Part shown: positions 48,955 to 59,090 of the stretch, one piece after another
Numbering within the stretch: position 1 is the stretch's first letter
Layout: each line of letters begins with the position of its first letter
NCBI GenBank assembly: GCA_963665325.3
Contig: OZ224045.1
Location: 1,728,001-1,792,000, forward strand
DNA length: 64,000 nucleotides
Direction: 5' to 3'
DNA from: Alphaproteobacteria bacterium
GTDB taxonomy: Bacteria; Pseudomonadota; Alphaproteobacteria; Bin95
Position numbers and translations under genes: made by a program
Notes under the pieces: model-generated
The model's database searches: none
What the model saw: the letters and a program-made list of their open reading frames with translations, nothing else
Told to the model about the DNA's origin: nothing

Positions 48955-49854
48955 ATGGACTTGCCTGCCCTCAGCCTCACCGCCGTCCCCGGCCGCCGCC
49001 TCGCAACGCTCGAACTCGCCCGCGAGATCGAGCGGCGCGGTTTTGCCGGTATGTGGGTGCCGAGTCCGTTCAGCGGCCTCGGGCTTTGCCACGCGCTCGC
49101 CCATACGACCGAGCGGGTGACCTTCGCTACCTCCATTGCGCCGATCTATTTCCAGCAGGCGGAGGAGTTCGCGCAGGCGGCGGCCTTCATCCACGAGGTC
49201 TCGGGCGGGCGGTTCCGCTTCGGCATCGGCGTGTCGCACCAGCCGACGCATGAGCGCATGGGGATCAGGCCCGGCAAGCCGCTTGGCGATATCCGCGCCT
49301 TTGTGGAGGAAATCCGGGGCGTGCCGCGCACGGGCGGGCTGCCGCCGGTGGTGCTGGCGGCGATGCGGCCGCGGATGATCGCGCTCGCCGGCGAGATCGC
49401 CGAGGGCATCGTGTTCGCCAATGCCGCGCGCAGCCACATACCGGCCTCGCTGGAGGCGCTGCCGGCCGGGAAGCGCGGCGATGCGGGCTTCGAGGTTGCC
49501 TGCATGACGCCGACCTGCGTTTCCGACGACCTGGAAGCGGGCAAAGCGGTCAACCGCCGCACGCTCACCCGCTATGCCCAGCTGCCCTACTACCGGAACT
49601 ACTGGAAGGACGCGGGCTACCGGGAGGAGATGGAAGCGGTCGAGCGCGCCATGCCCGAAGGCGATGCGGCGGTCTCCGCCTGCCTGTCGGATCGCTGGCT
49701 CGCCGATGTCACGCTGTTCGGCCCGCCGGCCAGGATTCGCGAGGGCGTCGAGGAGTTGCGCGCCGCCGGTGTCACCACTCCGATTCTGGTCCCGTCGTCG
49801 GCCGCCGGCAACCAGATGAAGGCGTTCGAGGAGGTGATGGCGGCGTTCGGGTGA
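48955..49854 (+). CDS. LLM-class flavin-dependent oxidoreductase
   Basis: ATSIAPIY, SGGRFRFGIGVSH, LAAMRPRMIALAGEIAEG, FGPPARI. Confidence 0.85.
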   Translation: MDLPALSLTAVPGRRLATLELAREIERRGFAGMWVPSPFSGLGLCHALAHTTERVTFATSIAPIYFQQAEEFAQAAAFIHEVSGGRFRFGIGVSHQPTHERMGIRPGKPLGDIRAFVEEIRGVPRTGGLPPVVLAAMRPRMIALAGEIAEGIVFANAARSHIPASLEALPAGKRGDAGFEVACMTPTCVSDDLEAGKAVNRRTLTRYAQLPYYRNYWKDAGYREEMEAVERAMPEGDAAVSACLSDRWLADVTLFGPPARIREGVEELRAAGVTTPILVPSSAAGNQMKAFEEVMAAFG

Positions 49855-49867
49855 AGCTTCGCTTTCG

Positions 49868-50953
49868 TCAAAGCGCGTCGTAGTCGAGCACCACTTCGCG
49901 CGTCAGCGGGCGAGACTGGCAGGTGAGGACGAAGCCGGCTTCCAGCTCCCAGGGTTCCAGCGAGTAGTTTTGCACCATATCGACGCGGCCGGAGACGAGC
50001 CGCGCCCGGCAGGTGCAGCACATGCCGCCCTTGCAGGAGAAGGGCAGGTCGAGGCCGTGGCGGCGCCCGGCGTCGATGATGCGTTCGCCGTCGAAGCCCA
50101 TGGCGAAGCGCCGGCGCGCACCGTCCAGCACCACAGTGACCTCGGCGGCCCCTGCGTCTCGTTCCTCGGCAGCGACCGCCTGGGGAACGACGATCTGTCC
50201 GGGATTGCCGGTGAACCGCTCGGTGCGGAGGCGGGACGCCGCCATGCCCGCCGCCATGAGCGCGCCCGGCACGACCTCTGCCATATCGCCCGGCCCGCAG
50301 ACCAGCGCTTCGTCGAATGCCTCGGCCGGGCCGAATGCTTCCATCAGCGCATGTGTCTTCGCGGTGTCGATGCGGCCCTGGCAGAGCGGTACGTCCTGGT
50401 CCTCGCCGGAGAGGACATGGAGGACCGAGAAGCGGCCGAGATGCCGGCTCTTCAGGTCGTCCAGTTCGTCCCGGAAGATCACGTCGCCTGCGACCCGGTT
50501 GCCGTAGAACAGCAGCACCTCGCTCTCCCGCTCCGAGGCGAGGACCGTGCGCGCGACGGAGATCACCGGCGTGATGCCGCTGCCGGCGGCGAACAGTGCG
50601 TAGCGCCCCCGGCTGCCTGGCGTGAGCGGGCGGTGGAAACGGCCGTCCGGCGTCATGACGGAGAGCGCGTCGCCGGGCTTGAGTTCATGATTGACCCAGC
50701 CGGAAAAGCGTCCGCCGGGCACTTCCTTCACGGCGATGCGCAACTCATCCTCGTCGCGGCCCGAGCAGATCGAGTAGGACCGCCTGACCTCCTCGCCGTC
50801 GAAGTCGCGGCGGAGCGTCAGAAACTGTCCCTGCACGAACCGGTAGGCGTCTGCCAGCGCCTCCGGAACCTCGAACGCTACCGACACACAGTCAGCGGTT
50901 TCCCGGCGGACTTGCGCAACGGTGAGATCGTGGAAACGCGGCCTTACAGGCAC
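49868..50953 (-). CDS. paaE: Phenylacetyl-CoA epoxidase reductase subunit
   Basis: RRSYSICS, AAGSGITP, CGP, CKGGMCCTC [2Fe-2S]. Confidence 0.93.
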   Translation of the reverse strand: MPVRPRFHDLTVAQVRRETADCVSVAFEVPEALADAYRFVQGQFLTLRRDFDGEEVRRSYSICSGRDEDELRIAVKEVPGGRFSGWVNHELKPGDALSVMTPDGRFHRPLTPGSRGRYALFAAGSGITPVISVARTVLASERESEVLLFYGNRVAGDVIFRDELDDLKSRHLGRFSVLHVLSGEDQDVPLCQGRIDTAKTHALMEAFGPAEAFDEALVCGPGDMAEVVPGALMAAGMAASRLRTERFTGNPGQIVVPQAVAAEERDAGAAEVTVVLDGARRRFAMGFDGERIIDAGRRHGLDLPFSCKGGMCCTCRARLVSGRVDMVQNYSLEPWELEAGFVLTCQSRPLTREVVLDYDAL

Positions 50954-51396
50954 TTGAAGCGCTCGAACGGTTCGCGGCAGCCAAGGCAGCGCCAGAGCGC
51001 CTTGCAGGGCGTGGAGCCGAACCGGCTGAGTTCCTCCACCTCCGCGCCGCCGCAATGCGGGCAGGCGACGGGTCCGCGGGTGGGCGGCGCGATGCCGTAG
51101 GCGGCGAGTTTGGCCTTGCCGGCCTCGGACATCCAGTCCGTGGTCCAGGCGGGCGCAAGGCAGGTCTCGACGATGGCATCCGCAAAGCCGCCACCGGCGA
51201 GCGCCGCCTCGACATCGCGGCGGATCGCATCGCTTGCAGGGCAGCCGCTATAGGTCGGCGTCAGCTGCACGACCAGCCTGCCGCCTTCGTCCGCCACGTC
51301 GCGGACAAGGCCCAGATCGCCGGCAGTCAGCACCGGGATTTCCGGGTCCGGCACCGCCTCCGCCAGCCGGCGCGCTTCCTCCGCACGGCTCACCAT
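50944..51396 (-). CDS. paaD: Phenylacetyl-CoA epoxidase subunit D
   Basis: VPDPEIP, TPTYSGCPA, WTTDW, CPHC...FGSTPCK...C. Confidence 0.95.
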   Translation of the reverse strand: MVSRAEEARRLAEAVPDPEIPVLTAGDLGLVRDVADEGGRLVVQLTPTYSGCPASDAIRRDVEAALAGGGFADAIVETCLAPAWTTDWMSEAGKAKLAAYGIAPPTRGPVACPHCGGAEVEELSRFGSTPCKALWRCLGCREPFERFKCL

Positions 51397-52145
51397 TCCG
51401 CTCCCGGATAGGCGCGCTGCATGAACTGGAACTCCGCCAGCAGATGGCCCAGATGCTCGCTGTGCCGGCCCTGCCGTCCGCCGAGGCGGATGCCTGCGCC
51501 TTCCGGCGGCGTCAGCCCGGCCTCCTCCAGCACTGGCCCGACCCGCGCCTGCCAGGGCGCTCGGAGTTCAGACGGCGCAACGGCAATGCCCTTCTCCACC
51601 AGCGCCGCCGCCACCTCGTCGGCCTCGAAGATTTCGCCGGCATAGGGCCAGAGCGTATCGAGGCCTGCCTGGGCCCGCTGGTGGCTTTCCTCCGTGCCGT
51701 CGCCCATGCGGACCACCCAGGCGGCACTCTGCTCCACATGGTAGGCGGCTTCCTTGGCGGCCTTGCCGGCGATGCCTGCCAGCACGTCGTCACGGGAAGC
51801 CGACAGGCGCGGCCAGAGCTCGACCGTATAGGCATCGAACAGGAACTGGCGCACCATCGTTTGCGCGAAATCGCCGTTCGGCTGCTCGACCAGCAGCAGG
51901 TTGGAGAAATCGAGCACATCGCGCCCGTAGGCGAGCGCATCCTCGTCCCGGCCCGCGCTTTCCCGGTCGCCGGCATGGGAAAGCAGCAGGCGCGCCTGTC
52001 CGAGCAGGTCGAGGGCGGTATTGGCGAGCGCGATATCCTCCTCAAGTTCCGGCCCGTGCCCGACCCATTGCGAGAGGCGGTGGCTGAGGATGAGCGCATC
52101 GTCGCCGAGGCGCAGCGCATACGCGGCGGTCAGCGCGTCCGCCAT
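51390..52145 (-). CDS. paaC: Phenylacetyl-CoA epoxidase subunit C
   Basis: LGDDALILSHRL, LEEDIA, PNGDFA, KEAAYH, YPGAEW. Confidence 0.95.
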   Translation of the reverse strand: MADALTAAYALRLGDDALILSHRLSQWVGHGPELEEDIALANTALDLLGQARLLLSHAGDRESAGRDEDALAYGRDVLDFSNLLLVEQPNGDFAQTMVRQFLFDAYTVELWPRLSASRDDVLAGIAGKAAKEAAYHVEQSAAWVVRMGDGTEESHQRAQAGLDTLWPYAGEIFEADEVAAALVEKGIAVAPSELRAPWQARVGPVLEEAGLTPPEGAGIRLGGRQGRHSEHLGHLLAEFQFMQRAYPGAEW

Positions 52146-52457
52146 CTACATGTTCTCGACGTCTTCGGGGAGGTCGTAAAAGCTCGGATGGCGGTAGATC
52201 TTCGACATCGCCGGCTCGAACAGCATGTCCTTGTCTGCCGGGTCGGAGGCGAAGATGTGTTCGGAGGCGACGACCCAGATGCTCGTGCCCTCGCCGCGCC
52301 TTGTATAGACATCGCGGGCGCGGGCCAGCGCCATTTCCGGGTCGGCGGCGTGCAGCGAGCCGCAATGGCGGTGGTGCAGTCCTGTGCGGGCCCGGATAAA
52401 CACCTCGAACAGCGGCCAGTCCCGCTCGTTCCCTGCTCTCTCGTCGCTATCGGACAT
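52146..52457 (-). CDS. paaB: Phenylacetyl-CoA epoxidase subunit B
   Basis: WPLFEVF, GSLHAAD, ARDVYTRR, IYRHP. Confidence 0.95.
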   Translation of the reverse strand: MSDSDERAGNERDWPLFEVFIRARTGLHHRHCGSLHAADPEMALARARDVYTRRGEGTSIWVVASEHIFASDPADKDMLFEPAMSKIYRHPSFYDLPEDVENM

Positions 52458-52476
52458 GCCTTTCGCCCGCCGGACG

Positions 52477-53472
52477 CTATTCGGCCGCTGCCGCCACAAT
52501 CGTGCGCCCGCGCTTCTTGCGTGCATGGGCAGTCGCGGCCTCCCGCACCCAGGCGCCGTCCGCATGGGCCTTGCGGCGCGCGGCGAGGCGCTCGCGGTTG
52601 CAAGGCCCGTTGCCGGCCAGCACCTCGTTGAACTCGCTCCAGTCTATCTCGCCGAAGCGCCAGTGGCCGGTCTCTTCGTCGTAGCGGAGTTCCGGGTCGG
52701 GCGGTTCCAGGCCGATCAGGCGGGCCTGCGGCACGGCGGCGTCCACGAATTTCTGCCGGAGCTCGTCATTGGTGAAGCGCTTGATCTTCCAGCGCATCGA
52801 ACGCGAGGTGTGCGCGGATTCGGCATCGGAGGGGCCGAACATCATCAGCGACGGCCACCACCAGCGGTCGAGCGCATCCTGCGCCATCCGCTTCTGCGCC
52901 GCCGTCCCCTGGGCGAGGCGGGAGATGGCTTCGTAACCCTGGCGCTGGTGGAAGCTCTCTTCCTTGCAGATGCGGATCATGGCCCGCGCATAGGGACCGT
53001 AGGAACATCGGCAGAGCGGGATCTGGTTCATGATCGCCGCCCCGTCCACCAGCCAGCCAACCGCGCCGATATCCGCCCAGGTTATCGTCGGGTAGTTGAA
53101 GATCGAGGAGTAGCGCGCCCGGCCTTCCAGCAGGCGGTCCACCATCTCCGCGCGCGAGACACCCAGCGTCTCCGCTGCAGCGTACAAGTAGAGCCCGTGC
53201 CCGCCCTCGTCCTGGATCTTGGCGAGCAGGATCGCCTTGCGGCGAAGGCTCGGCGCGCGGGTGAGCCAATTGCCCTCCGGTAACATTCCGACGATCTCGG
53301 AATGGGCGTGCTGGCTGATCTGGCGGATCAGCGTCTGCCGGTAGGCCTCCGGCATCCAGTCGTTGGGCTCGATCTTCTCCTCGCGGTCGATTTTCGCCTG
53401 GAAGCGGGCCAGCAACTCCGCATTCTCGGGTCCACCGTCCTCGACGGCCTGATTGAGGCCCTGCGTGTACAT
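52477..53472 (-). CDS. paaA: Phenylacetyl-CoA epoxidase subunit A
   Basis: [35 protein letters not shown]. Confidence 0.96.
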   Translation of the reverse strand: MYTQGLNQAVEDGGPENAELLARFQAKIDREEKIEPNDWMPEAYRQTLIRQISQHAHSEIVGMLPEGNWLTRAPSLRRKAILLAKIQDEGGHGLYLYAAAETLGVSRAEMVDRLLEGRARYSSIFNYPTITWADIGAVGWLVDGAAIMNQIPLCRCSYGPYARAMIRICKEESFHQRQGYEAISRLAQGTAAQKRMAQDALDRWWWPSLMMFGPSDAESAHTSRSMRWKIKRFTNDELRQKFVDAAVPQARLIGLEPPDPELRYDEETGHWRFGEIDWSEFNEVLAGNGPCNRERLAARRKAHADGAWVREAATAHARKKRGRTIVAAAAE

Positions 53473-53539
53473 GCCCTGCAATGTGGGACCCGGCGCGGCC
53501 CATGTCGAGAGGAAAACGCGGCGTGCCCCGACCGCAGAT

Positions 53540-53947
53540 TCAGCCTGAAGCTGTCTCCAGCGCAATCACACCCTGAAGCGCCGCCAGCCGGCGGTCGAAC
53601 GTATAAAGCGCATCGGCGCCCGACCGCCGCGCGGCGGCCGCGATCATCCGGTCCGCGAAACCGGCGCCGCCCCCGCGATATCCATAGGCCGCGCGGATAA
53701 CGTCATCTCCTGCCTCAAAATGAAGCGCGTCGCCCGAAACCAGCTGTTCCAGCGCGGTCGCAATCCTGTCGCGGGAAAAGCCGTAACTCCGCTCGAGCAC
53801 CCAAACCACCTCCAAGGTGACTTCCCTGCAAACAAAGCCCGGCCGCTCCGGCGTAAGTTGCTCGAGCAGAGAGCGGGCGGCCTCCACCTGCTCCCGGTCG
53901 TCATCGATCAGAAAGCGCAGCAGAATGTTCGTATCGAGCGCAATCAA
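53540..53947 (-). CDS. vapC: VapC-family PIN-domain toxin
   Basis: [27 protein letters not shown]. Confidence 0.9.
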   Translation of the reverse strand: MIALDTNILLRFLIDDDREQVEAARSLLEQLTPERPGFVCREVTLEVVWVLERSYGFSRDRIATALEQLVSGDALHFEAGDDVIRAAYGYRGGGAGFADRMIAAAARRSGADALYTFDRRLAALQGVIALETASG

Positions 53948-54180
53948 CCTTCGCTTGCCCCTTCGGCGATGGCGCGGTCCATATCCTCAAGCGTCACCGG
54001 CGGACCGTCATATGCGAGCATGCCGAAAAGTTCCGAAAGCCGTCTGACAGGCAACAGGCGCACTTCGCCACTATCCATGATGACATAACGCACACGGTCC
54101 CCGGACGAGACCCCGAGCGCCTTCCGGACGGCCTTCGGCAAGGTTGTTTGCCCCTTGGAAGTTATAGCGGAGTCGATCAT
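53944..54180 (-). CDS. AbrB/MazE-type antitoxin
   Basis: ITSKGQTTLPKAVRKALGVSSGDRV; VTLEDMDRAI. Confidence 0.9.
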   Translation of the reverse strand: MIDSAITSKGQTTLPKAVRKALGVSSGDRVRYVIMDSGEVRLLPVRRLSELFGMLAYDGPPVTLEDMDRAIAEGASEG

Positions 54181-54320
54181 TGCAGTTTCCTATTCCCTTG
54201 TTTGTTGATATAAGTCCTTACTTATCGCAAATTTGCAAGGAGATTATCAATAGCCCCGCTGTCGAGCTGTTCCCGAGTCTCGACGGACGGGGAAGTCCGC
54301 GGACGGCCCTGGGTGTTCCA

Positions 54321-55097
54321 TCACGCGCCGCCGGCGAAGGAGGAGCGGAAGGCCCAGCGGGTGGTGCGCATCTCGATGAAGGCGAACAGCGCATACATGG
54401 CGATGCCTTCGATGGCGAGCGCGATCAGCCCGGCGAAGACGAGCGGCATCTGGAAGTTCGTGCCCGCGACACTCATCAGGTAGCCGATGCCGGAATTGGC
54501 TGCGATCGTCTCGGAGACGACCGAGCCCACGAAGGCAAGCGTGATCGCGACCTTCAGCGAACCGTAGAAGTAGGGCTGTGCGCGGGGGATGCCGACCTTG
54601 AGGATGATGTCCAGCTTGCGCGCTCCCAGCGCCCTCAGCACGTCTTCCAGTTCGGGCTCCGTGGTGGCGAGGCCGGTCGCGACGTTCACAACGATGGGGA
54701 AGAAGGAGATCAGGAAGGCGGTCAGGATCGCCGGGATCTCGCCGATGCCGAACCAGATGACAAGGATCGGCACGACTGCGACCTTGGGAATGGAGTTGAA
54801 GCCGACCATGACCGGGTAAAGCCCCCGGTAGATCGCCCGCGACCAGCCGACGACCATGCCGAGCACGACGCCGAAAGCGACCGCGATCGCGAAACCGGCG
54901 AGCGTCGTCCACATGGTCGCCGCCGAATGCCGGAGCAGCGGTTTCCAATGCGTTACCGTGGCCTCGATTATGGCGGAAGGCGTGGGCAGGATGATCGGAT
55001 TGACGCTGAAGATCTGGCAGACCGCCTCCCAGAAGACGAACAGGCCGAGCGTGAACGCGAACGGGGCCGTCCGTTCGAGGAACGACACCGGCGTCAC
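54321..55097 (-). CDS. NitT/TauT-family ABC permease
   Basis: LPTPSAI, IPKVAVVP, FFPIV, ALGA, LVFAGL; GTG overlapping ATPase stop. Confidence 0.9.
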   Translation of the reverse strand: MTPVSFLERTAPFAFTLGLFVFWEAVCQIFSVNPIILPTPSAIIEATVTHWKPLLRHSAATMWTTLAGFAIAVAFGVVLGMVVGWSRAIYRGLYPVMVGFNSIPKVAVVPILVIWFGIGEIPAILTAFLISFFPIVVNVATGLATTEPELEDVLRALGARKLDIILKVGIPRAQPYFYGSLKVAITLAFVGSVVSETIAANSGIGYLMSVAGTNFQMPLVFAGLIALAIEGIAMYALFAFIEMRTTRWAFRSSFAGGA

Positions 55098-55876
55098 TGC
55101 CGGACTTCCGAGATACGGCTGCGCAGCTCGTGGACGATATCCACGAATTGCGGCTCGAAGCAGACGTCGAGTTCGCGCGGGCGCGGCAGGTCGATGACGC
55201 GCGAAGCTACGATCCGGCCCGGCCGCGCGCTCATCACATGGACCGTGTCGGCGAGGAAGGCGGCTTCGCGCAAGTCGTGCGTGACGAGAACGACGGTGAA
55301 GCCGATACGCGCCCAGAGGTCCCGCAACACGCACCACAACTCCTCGCGCGTGAAGGCGTCGAGGGCCGCGAACGGTTCGTCCAGCATCAACAGGGCGGGT
55401 TCGTGGATGAGCGCGCGGCAGAGCGAGGTCCGCTGCTGCATGCCGCCGGAAAGCTCCCAGGGAAAGCGCTCGGCGAAACCCTCGAGGCCGACCAGGGCCA
55501 GAAGCTTGTCCGCCCGTTCGGCATATTCCGCCTTGTTCCTGCGGAAACGCCGGCGGTGCGGCTCGACGATTTCCAGCGGCAGCAGGACATTGTCCCGGAT
55601 GGTCCGCCAGGGCAGCAGGTTTGCGTTCTGGAAGGCCATGCCGGCGATCTTGACCGGACCCTCGACGGGAGCGCTGTCCACGGCAATGCGGCCCGCGGTC
55701 GGCCGCACGAGGCCGGTGGCGAGCTTCATCAGCGTGGATTTCCCGCAGCCCGACGGGCCGACCACGGCGGCGAATGCGCCCCGCTCGACATTCAGGTCCA
55801 AGGCCTGAACAGCGGTGACCCCGCCCCCGGCGGAGGCGCCCGCATAGGTGAGGGTCACGTCCTCGATAACGACGAT
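55094..55876 (-). CDS. NitT/TauT-family ABC ATP-binding protein
   Basis: GPSGCGKST, LLPWRT, LSGGMQQR, DEPFAALD, VTHD; start probably ATC at 55876 (or GTG 55858). Confidence 0.9.
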   Translation of the reverse strand: MVVIEDVTLTYAGASAGGGVTAVQALDLNVERGAFAAVVGPSGCGKSTLMKLATGLVRPTAGRIAVDSAPVEGPVKIAGMAFQNANLLPWRTIRDNVLLPLEIVEPHRRRFRRNKAEYAERADKLLALVGLEGFAERFPWELSGGMQQRTSLCRALIHEPALLMLDEPFAALDAFTREELWCVLRDLWARIGFTVVLVTHDLREAAFLADTVHVMSARPGRIVASRVIDLPRPRELDVCFEPQFVDIVHELRSRISEVRQ

Positions 55877-55916
55877 GGCGTGTCCTCCCCCTTAGCGGGT
55901 GCCGCGCGCGGGCGCT

Positions 55917-56957
55917 CTAGAGCTGGCGGTCCGCCGCCGGCGGCAGATAGGACGAATCGAAGACCGCGGAGGGATCCGGGCGGTTGGTGAACTCGTAGGT
56001 GACGCCGATCTGGTCGAGCGAACTCGCCAACCTGTCCGCGTCCACACCACCGAAGCCGTTCTTCTTCACCTCGTCCGTCACGATATTGTCGCGGAGCGCC
56101 ATCTTGAGCCGCGCAAGCTCCAGCGCTTCGTCCCCGATCTCGTTGCGCTTCATCACCGACTTGATCGCCGTATCCGGATCGGCGGCAGCCGCCTGGACGC
56201 CCTTGATCGTGGCCGCGACGAAGCCCTTGACGACCTCCGGATTGGCCTTTGCATAGTCGGTGTTGACCATGATGGCGTTGCCGTACAGGTCGAGCCCGTA
56301 GTCGGCCATCATCATGACCTTCACGTCTTCCGGCGCGATGCCGTTGCGGATCAGGTTGAAGTAGGACGAGAAGGAATAGCCCGTGATCGCATCGACCTCG
56401 CCGCGGGCCAGCATCGGCTCGCGCACTGGGAAGCCGACATTCTCGATCTGCACCTTCGAGGCGTCGATGCCATTTTCCTTCACGAAGGCTTTCCACTGGG
56501 CGTAGGCCCCGTCGGGAGCCGGTGCGCCGAGGATGCGGCCTTCGAGGTCCTTCGGCTTGAGAACGCCGCGTTCGGCCGTCGAGACGATGGCGAAGGGCGG
56601 GCGGTTATAGACCACCAGTATCGCGGTCACCGGCGCGCCCGGGTTCTGGTCGAGGAACTTCGCGAGCGAGTTGATGTCCATGAAGCCAAGCGGGTAGGTG
56701 CCCGCGGCGATGCGGGTGATACCCTTCACCGAGCCCGGGCCGGAGTCGATGGTGACGTCCAGGCCTTCGTCGGCGTAGTAGCCATTGTCTATCGCGACGA
56801 AATAGGGCGCCGACGGCCCTTCGAACTTCCAGTCGAGCGCGAACTTGACCGCGGTTTCCGCGGTTGCGGCATGGGCCGAAAGCGCGAGCGCGGCCGCCGA
56901 GAAGAGCATGGCGGCCTGCCGGCGCAGTCGAGGAAGGCGAATGCAGCGTGACATCAT
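55917..56957 (-). CDS. NMT1/THI5-like ABC substrate-binding protein
   Basis: Signal peptide AHA; FALDWKFEGP, GYYADEGLDV, PKDLEG, LYGN. Confidence 0.88.
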   Translation of the reverse strand: MMSRCIRLPRLRRQAAMLFSAAALALSAHAATAETAVKFALDWKFEGPSAPYFVAIDNGYYADEGLDVTIDSGPGSVKGITRIAAGTYPLGFMDINSLAKFLDQNPGAPVTAILVVYNRPPFAIVSTAERGVLKPKDLEGRILGAPAPDGAYAQWKAFVKENGIDASKVQIENVGFPVREPMLARGEVDAITGYSFSSYFNLIRNGIAPEDVKVMMMADYGLDLYGNAIMVNTDYAKANPEVVKGFVAATIKGVQAAAADPDTAIKSVMKRNEIGDEALELARLKMALRDNIVTDEVKKNGFGGVDADRLASSLDQIGVTYEFTNRPDPSAVFDSSYLPPAADRQL

Positions 56958-57167
56958 CGGTTTCGTTCTCCCGTTCTGTGGACCTGCGCGCAATGCCTCG
57001 GCGTTGCGCATCGCAAGCGAACCGAACAACACCCGCGCCAGGGTCCGCCGATCCGCTGCGACTCTCTGTCCTGCCGGACGCATCATCCCCCGTTCCGGGC
57101 CGCGGCGGAAGACGAAATTCGCGTCCGGGCGAAAAATCCGGCCTCGCGGCTATGGCCGGTCCTGCCT

Positions 57168-58703
57168 TCAATCCAGGCGGACGATCCGCCCTTCGACCGC
57201 CGGGGAGACCGGGCCTGCGGTTTCGACGAACTCCATCACCTGGGCAGCCATGAAGGAGCCGTCCTCGGCGCGAATGCGCCTTTCTGCCTTCTCGAACATG
57301 GCGTACCGGTCGCCGCCCCTGGCAAGGAAGTCGTTGGTGGCAAGCGTATAGGTCTTCGCGTCCTCCAGCGGCGCGCCGCCGACGGCGATTTCGACGATAC
57401 GTTTGCCCTTCGGCCTGCTCGCATCGAAGGAGAAGGACAGGCCCGACACATGGGGAAACGCGCCGCTCCCGTTTTCGACCTCGCCAATTCCGTGCTCCAG
57501 GGCTTCCCTGATCCGGGCGCCGGAAAGCGCGAGCTTCACGGTCTTGTTCCCGAACGGCAGTTCGGTCAGCACGAGCTTGCCGGTTACTTCAGAGCCCGCC
57601 GGATAGATTGTATCTCCGCGTATCCCGCCGCCATTGGTGAGACCGATGTCGGCGCCGACGGCGGCCCGCATGGCGTCGGCCACCAGATTGCCGAAAGCGT
57701 TTTCGCCCGCGCGCACCGAAGCGCGGCGCGTGTCCAGTTCGGTCGTCGTCGTGCCGACGGCGATGTCCAGGCTGCGGTCGAGGTCCTTGCGGCGCTTCTC
57801 GACCCTTGCAGCGATCGCGCGGGCGCCCTCGATGTCCGCAGTGGAACGGACTTCGTAGTCCGGCGTCCAGACGACTCGGGTGCCGCCTTTTCCGTCCTCG
57901 ACGCGGTCGAGCACCAGCCGCAGCACGCCGACATAAGCTCCCTGCGAACCCGCTTTCAGGACCGTCTGCCGCCCGTCATACCAGGCGAGGGCAAGATGGT
58001 CGTGTCCGCCCAGCACGGCGTCGATCTTCGCCGATGAGCGCAGAAGCTCCAGGTCATGGGCAAGATCGTTGTGGGTGAGCGCAATCACGAGGTCGGCGCC
58101 GGCATCCCTCAATCCGGCGGCAAGGGCAGCGCCCGTCTCGACGAAGGGGAGGAAAGCGACGTCCTTGCCAGGTGAGGAAATCCTGGCCGTCTGGGGTGTG
58201 ACCAGGCCGAGAATGCCGATCCGGTATCCGCCATGCTCGACAATCGTGGTTGCCGCGGTTCCGGGAAAGTCGGCTCCGTTCCGGTAGCGGACATTGCCCG
58301 CAAGCCACACCGCGTTCGACTGCGCGAGCCGCTCCTTTAGGACATCGGGGCCGAAGTCGAATTCGTGATTGCCCGGCACAGCGACATCGAACCCGATGGC
58401 GTTGGCGAGTTCGATCATGTGCTCGCCCTTGTCGAGCCCGGATAGCAGCGATGGCGAAATCATGTCGCCGCCGAAGGTGGCTATGGCGAGCGCGCCTTCC
58501 GCCTCGGCGCGTTCGCGCTCTGCGGAAACGACTGCTGCGATCTTTGCGGCCCCGCCCCGGCCGTCCACACCCTCCATGCGGTCCCAGTCGTTCACATGGA
58601 TGAGCGTGACGGCGACCGGTTCCGCGGCTGCGGGCGCGCCCAACACCGGGAGTGCGGCCAGCACGGCGGCGGCAAGAGCGAGCGGGCGATAGCGTCCGGA
58701 CAT
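57168..58703 (-). CDS. Periplasmic 5'-nucleotidase / metallophosphatase
   Basis: Signal peptide; HVND, GGD, GNHEFD, GGHDH, NGGGIRG, LPFGN, VSGL, FLARGGD. Confidence 0.92.
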   Translation of the reverse strand: MSGRYRPLALAAAVLAALPVLGAPAAAEPVAVTLIHVNDWDRMEGVDGRGGAAKIAAVVSAERERAEAEGALAIATFGGDMISPSLLSGLDKGEHMIELANAIGFDVAVPGNHEFDFGPDVLKERLAQSNAVWLAGNVRYRNGADFPGTAATTIVEHGGYRIGILGLVTPQTARISSPGKDVAFLPFVETGAALAAGLRDAGADLVIALTHNDLAHDLELLRSSAKIDAVLGGHDHLALAWYDGRQTVLKAGSQGAYVGVLRLVLDRVEDGKGGTRVVWTPDYEVRSTADIEGARAIAARVEKRRKDLDRSLDIAVGTTTTELDTRRASVRAGENAFGNLVADAMRAAVGADIGLTNGGGIRGDTIYPAGSEVTGKLVLTELPFGNKTVKLALSGARIREALEHGIGEVENGSGAFPHVSGLSFSFDASRPKGKRIVEIAVGGAPLEDAKTYTLATNDFLARGGDRYAMFEKAERRIRAEDGSFMAAQVMEFVETAGPVSPAVEGRIVRLD

Positions 58704-58824
58704 GACGTGCTGTCCCTTTCCAGTCCACCCGATATATAGGCCCGATCGTCCGGCGGGGCAGGTGTCCTTCGGAACCGGACATGGCGGTCGGGCGCGACCG
58801 GGCTCTCAGGCTGCGTCCAAATGT

Positions 58825-58836
58825 TCCAACGTTGGA
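58825..58836. promoter_or_regulatory. Perfect 12-bp palindrome upstream of 5'-nucleotidase
   Basis: TCCAACGTTGGA. Confidence 0.35.
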
Positions 58837-59090
58837 CAGGAAAACATTGCCGTCAGCGGATAAATTGCCGATTCGCCGGATCTCGCGGCGAATGGAGTGT
58901 TTTCATTGAGAAAATTGCGAAGCGCGCCGGCCTTCGAATCATGGATTCCCGATACATGAGACACCGGGCAGCGCACCTGCGGTGCTAAGGCCTTGATGTA
59001 GCGTTTGTTTTTCCTCGTGCAATCGCAGGTTCGGGGCGGAGATGCAAGTGCATTTTCCCCCGCCTGCAACAGAGTGCAGGAGGAATATCC

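Noticed and set aside
58900-59090. tRNA/tmRNA at the integrase attachment site
   Set aside because: No cloverleaf or T-arm/CCA arrangement; TTCGAATC at ~58933 lacks supporting stems
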